DNA from: Protoeuglena noctilucae | Lineage: Eukaryota | DNA length: 64,000 bases | NCBI GenBank assembly: GCA_958009085.1 | Contig: OY253678.1 | Location: 930,001-994,000, forward strand | Direction: 5' to 3' | Shown here: one piece after another, positions 62,879 through 64,000 of the stretch | How the letters are laid out: each line of letters starts with the position of its first letter | Position numbering within the stretch: position 1 is the stretch's first letter | Made by a program: the position numbers and the translations under genes | Notes under the pieces: generated by a model | The model's database searches: none | Told to the model about the DNA's origin: nothing | Seen by the model: only the letters and a program-made list of their open reading frames with translations

Positions 62879-64000
62879 ATGTCAGATACGAGCCAGCCGC
62901 CTGCCGGCGCGTCTGTCCTCGGCGAGGCGCTGTCCCGGCTGGCGCGGGCGCGGGGCGCGGAGGTCGAGCCCGCTGTCAAGGTGTGCAAAGCGCCTCCCGT
63001 CGACGCGCGCGGGCCTAATTTCGCCATCCTTCTGTTTTAAACACGGATCTGGCTCGACGCCGCTACTCGCATCCCGTGCGCAGGGCCTGATGGACGCGCT
63101 GCAGGCGGCCCCCTCCTCGCAAGCACTGGCAGACTCGTCCGCGGCGACGGAGGCGCTCCTGGCGGCCGCGCAGGACCGCGGGCACCTCGGGGCGCAAGCG
63201 TCGCGCTGTCTGCTGGCGCTCGCGGACGCGGAGGCGCGCGCGATGGCCGCGGGGGCGGGGACGGGCGGTGCAGGGGGCGACCCCTCGGCCCCTCCCGCCC
63301 TGCCACCCGCGCTGGCGTGGTGCGTCGAGGAGGCCGGCGCGCCCAGGCACGATCGCCGCGGCCGCAACCTCCACGCCCCCGCGCTGGCGGCGCTCGCGTC
63401 AGCTGCGGACCTGCAGGGCCCAGGCGCCCCCCACCTCCGCTGCGCCGCCCTTCGCGCGGTGGAGCGGGCGGGGCAGGCCCCGGCGCCGCTCCCGGCCGAA
63501 GGTCTCGTCGCCGCCGCACAGCTGCTCGGCCGGCTGCTCTCGCGGGCACCCACGGGCGTTGCTGAAATGGCGATGCGAGAGACGGCCACTGCGGCAATCG
63601 TGCTGCGGTGCGCCGCCCACGCCGCAGCTGGGCTGGGGCCGTCGCCCGGCGCCCTGGCCGCCGCCGTTCCCGCGTCCGCCCACGCGCGCCCGGCATTGCG
63701 CGCCGCGGTGTCTGCCGCTCTGGTCGCCTCCCGCGCCCTCGCCACGGCCCTCGATGATGGTCCCCCCGACACCGGGTGAGCAGCCGAGCTGGCTTGTAAA
63801 AGGTATAATGCCAACATGCGTGATGCTCTCTTACTCACGTGCGGGCCTGGTGCTAGGATGCCAACATGCGAACATGTGTGACGCTCTCTCATGACACGCG
63901 CTCATCTCCCTCACGCCCCTGACCCTGCCCCACCCCGCAGGTCTGCCCGCCTGCCCCCCGCCCTCGCCGCCGCTCGCCAGGGTGGCTCCGCGGCCCGCGG
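62879..64000 (+). CDS. Ala/Leu-rich helical-repeat-like protein, 5' part (runs off the window)
   Basis: MSDTSQPP..EPAVK/GLMDALQAAP..; exons ~62879-62980, 63084-63775, 63941-end with GT-AG boundaries. Confidence 0.5.

Overview
GC-rich eukaryotic nuclear DNA, most consistent with a flagellated green alga (plastid-targeted ORANGE, SCO2-like, riboflavin synthase and chorismate mutase; ciliary CFAP299; stem-loop histone genes; standard genetic code). About 28 protein genes, mostly spliced, can be read by eye: a CMT-like DNA methyltransferase (3' part), an SPFH/flotillin-like protein, uL30, a thioredoxin-fold protein, ORANGE, two SET proteins, MRE11, CFAP299, a copper amine oxidase, a peroxisomal SDR, a cystatin, a beta-helix protein, S40-like, an OSCA/TMC-like channel, BolA, chorismate mutase, riboflavin synthase, a divergent H4/H3 pair, a SirB1-like protein, SCO2-like and several unknowns. 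The most unusual signals are in gene architecture: (1) introns of the long genes repeatedly carry 'echo' copies of the adjacent splice junction, and these differ from the real exon mostly at synonymous positions; (2) the same introns have G-rich 5' halves and complementary C-rich 3' halves; (3) GC-AG donors are very frequent; (4) two loci look polycistronic (10-nt spacer; 11-nt stop/start overlap). All gene models were spliced manually and family calls come from recalled motifs, not database searches; several 5' ends are approximate.
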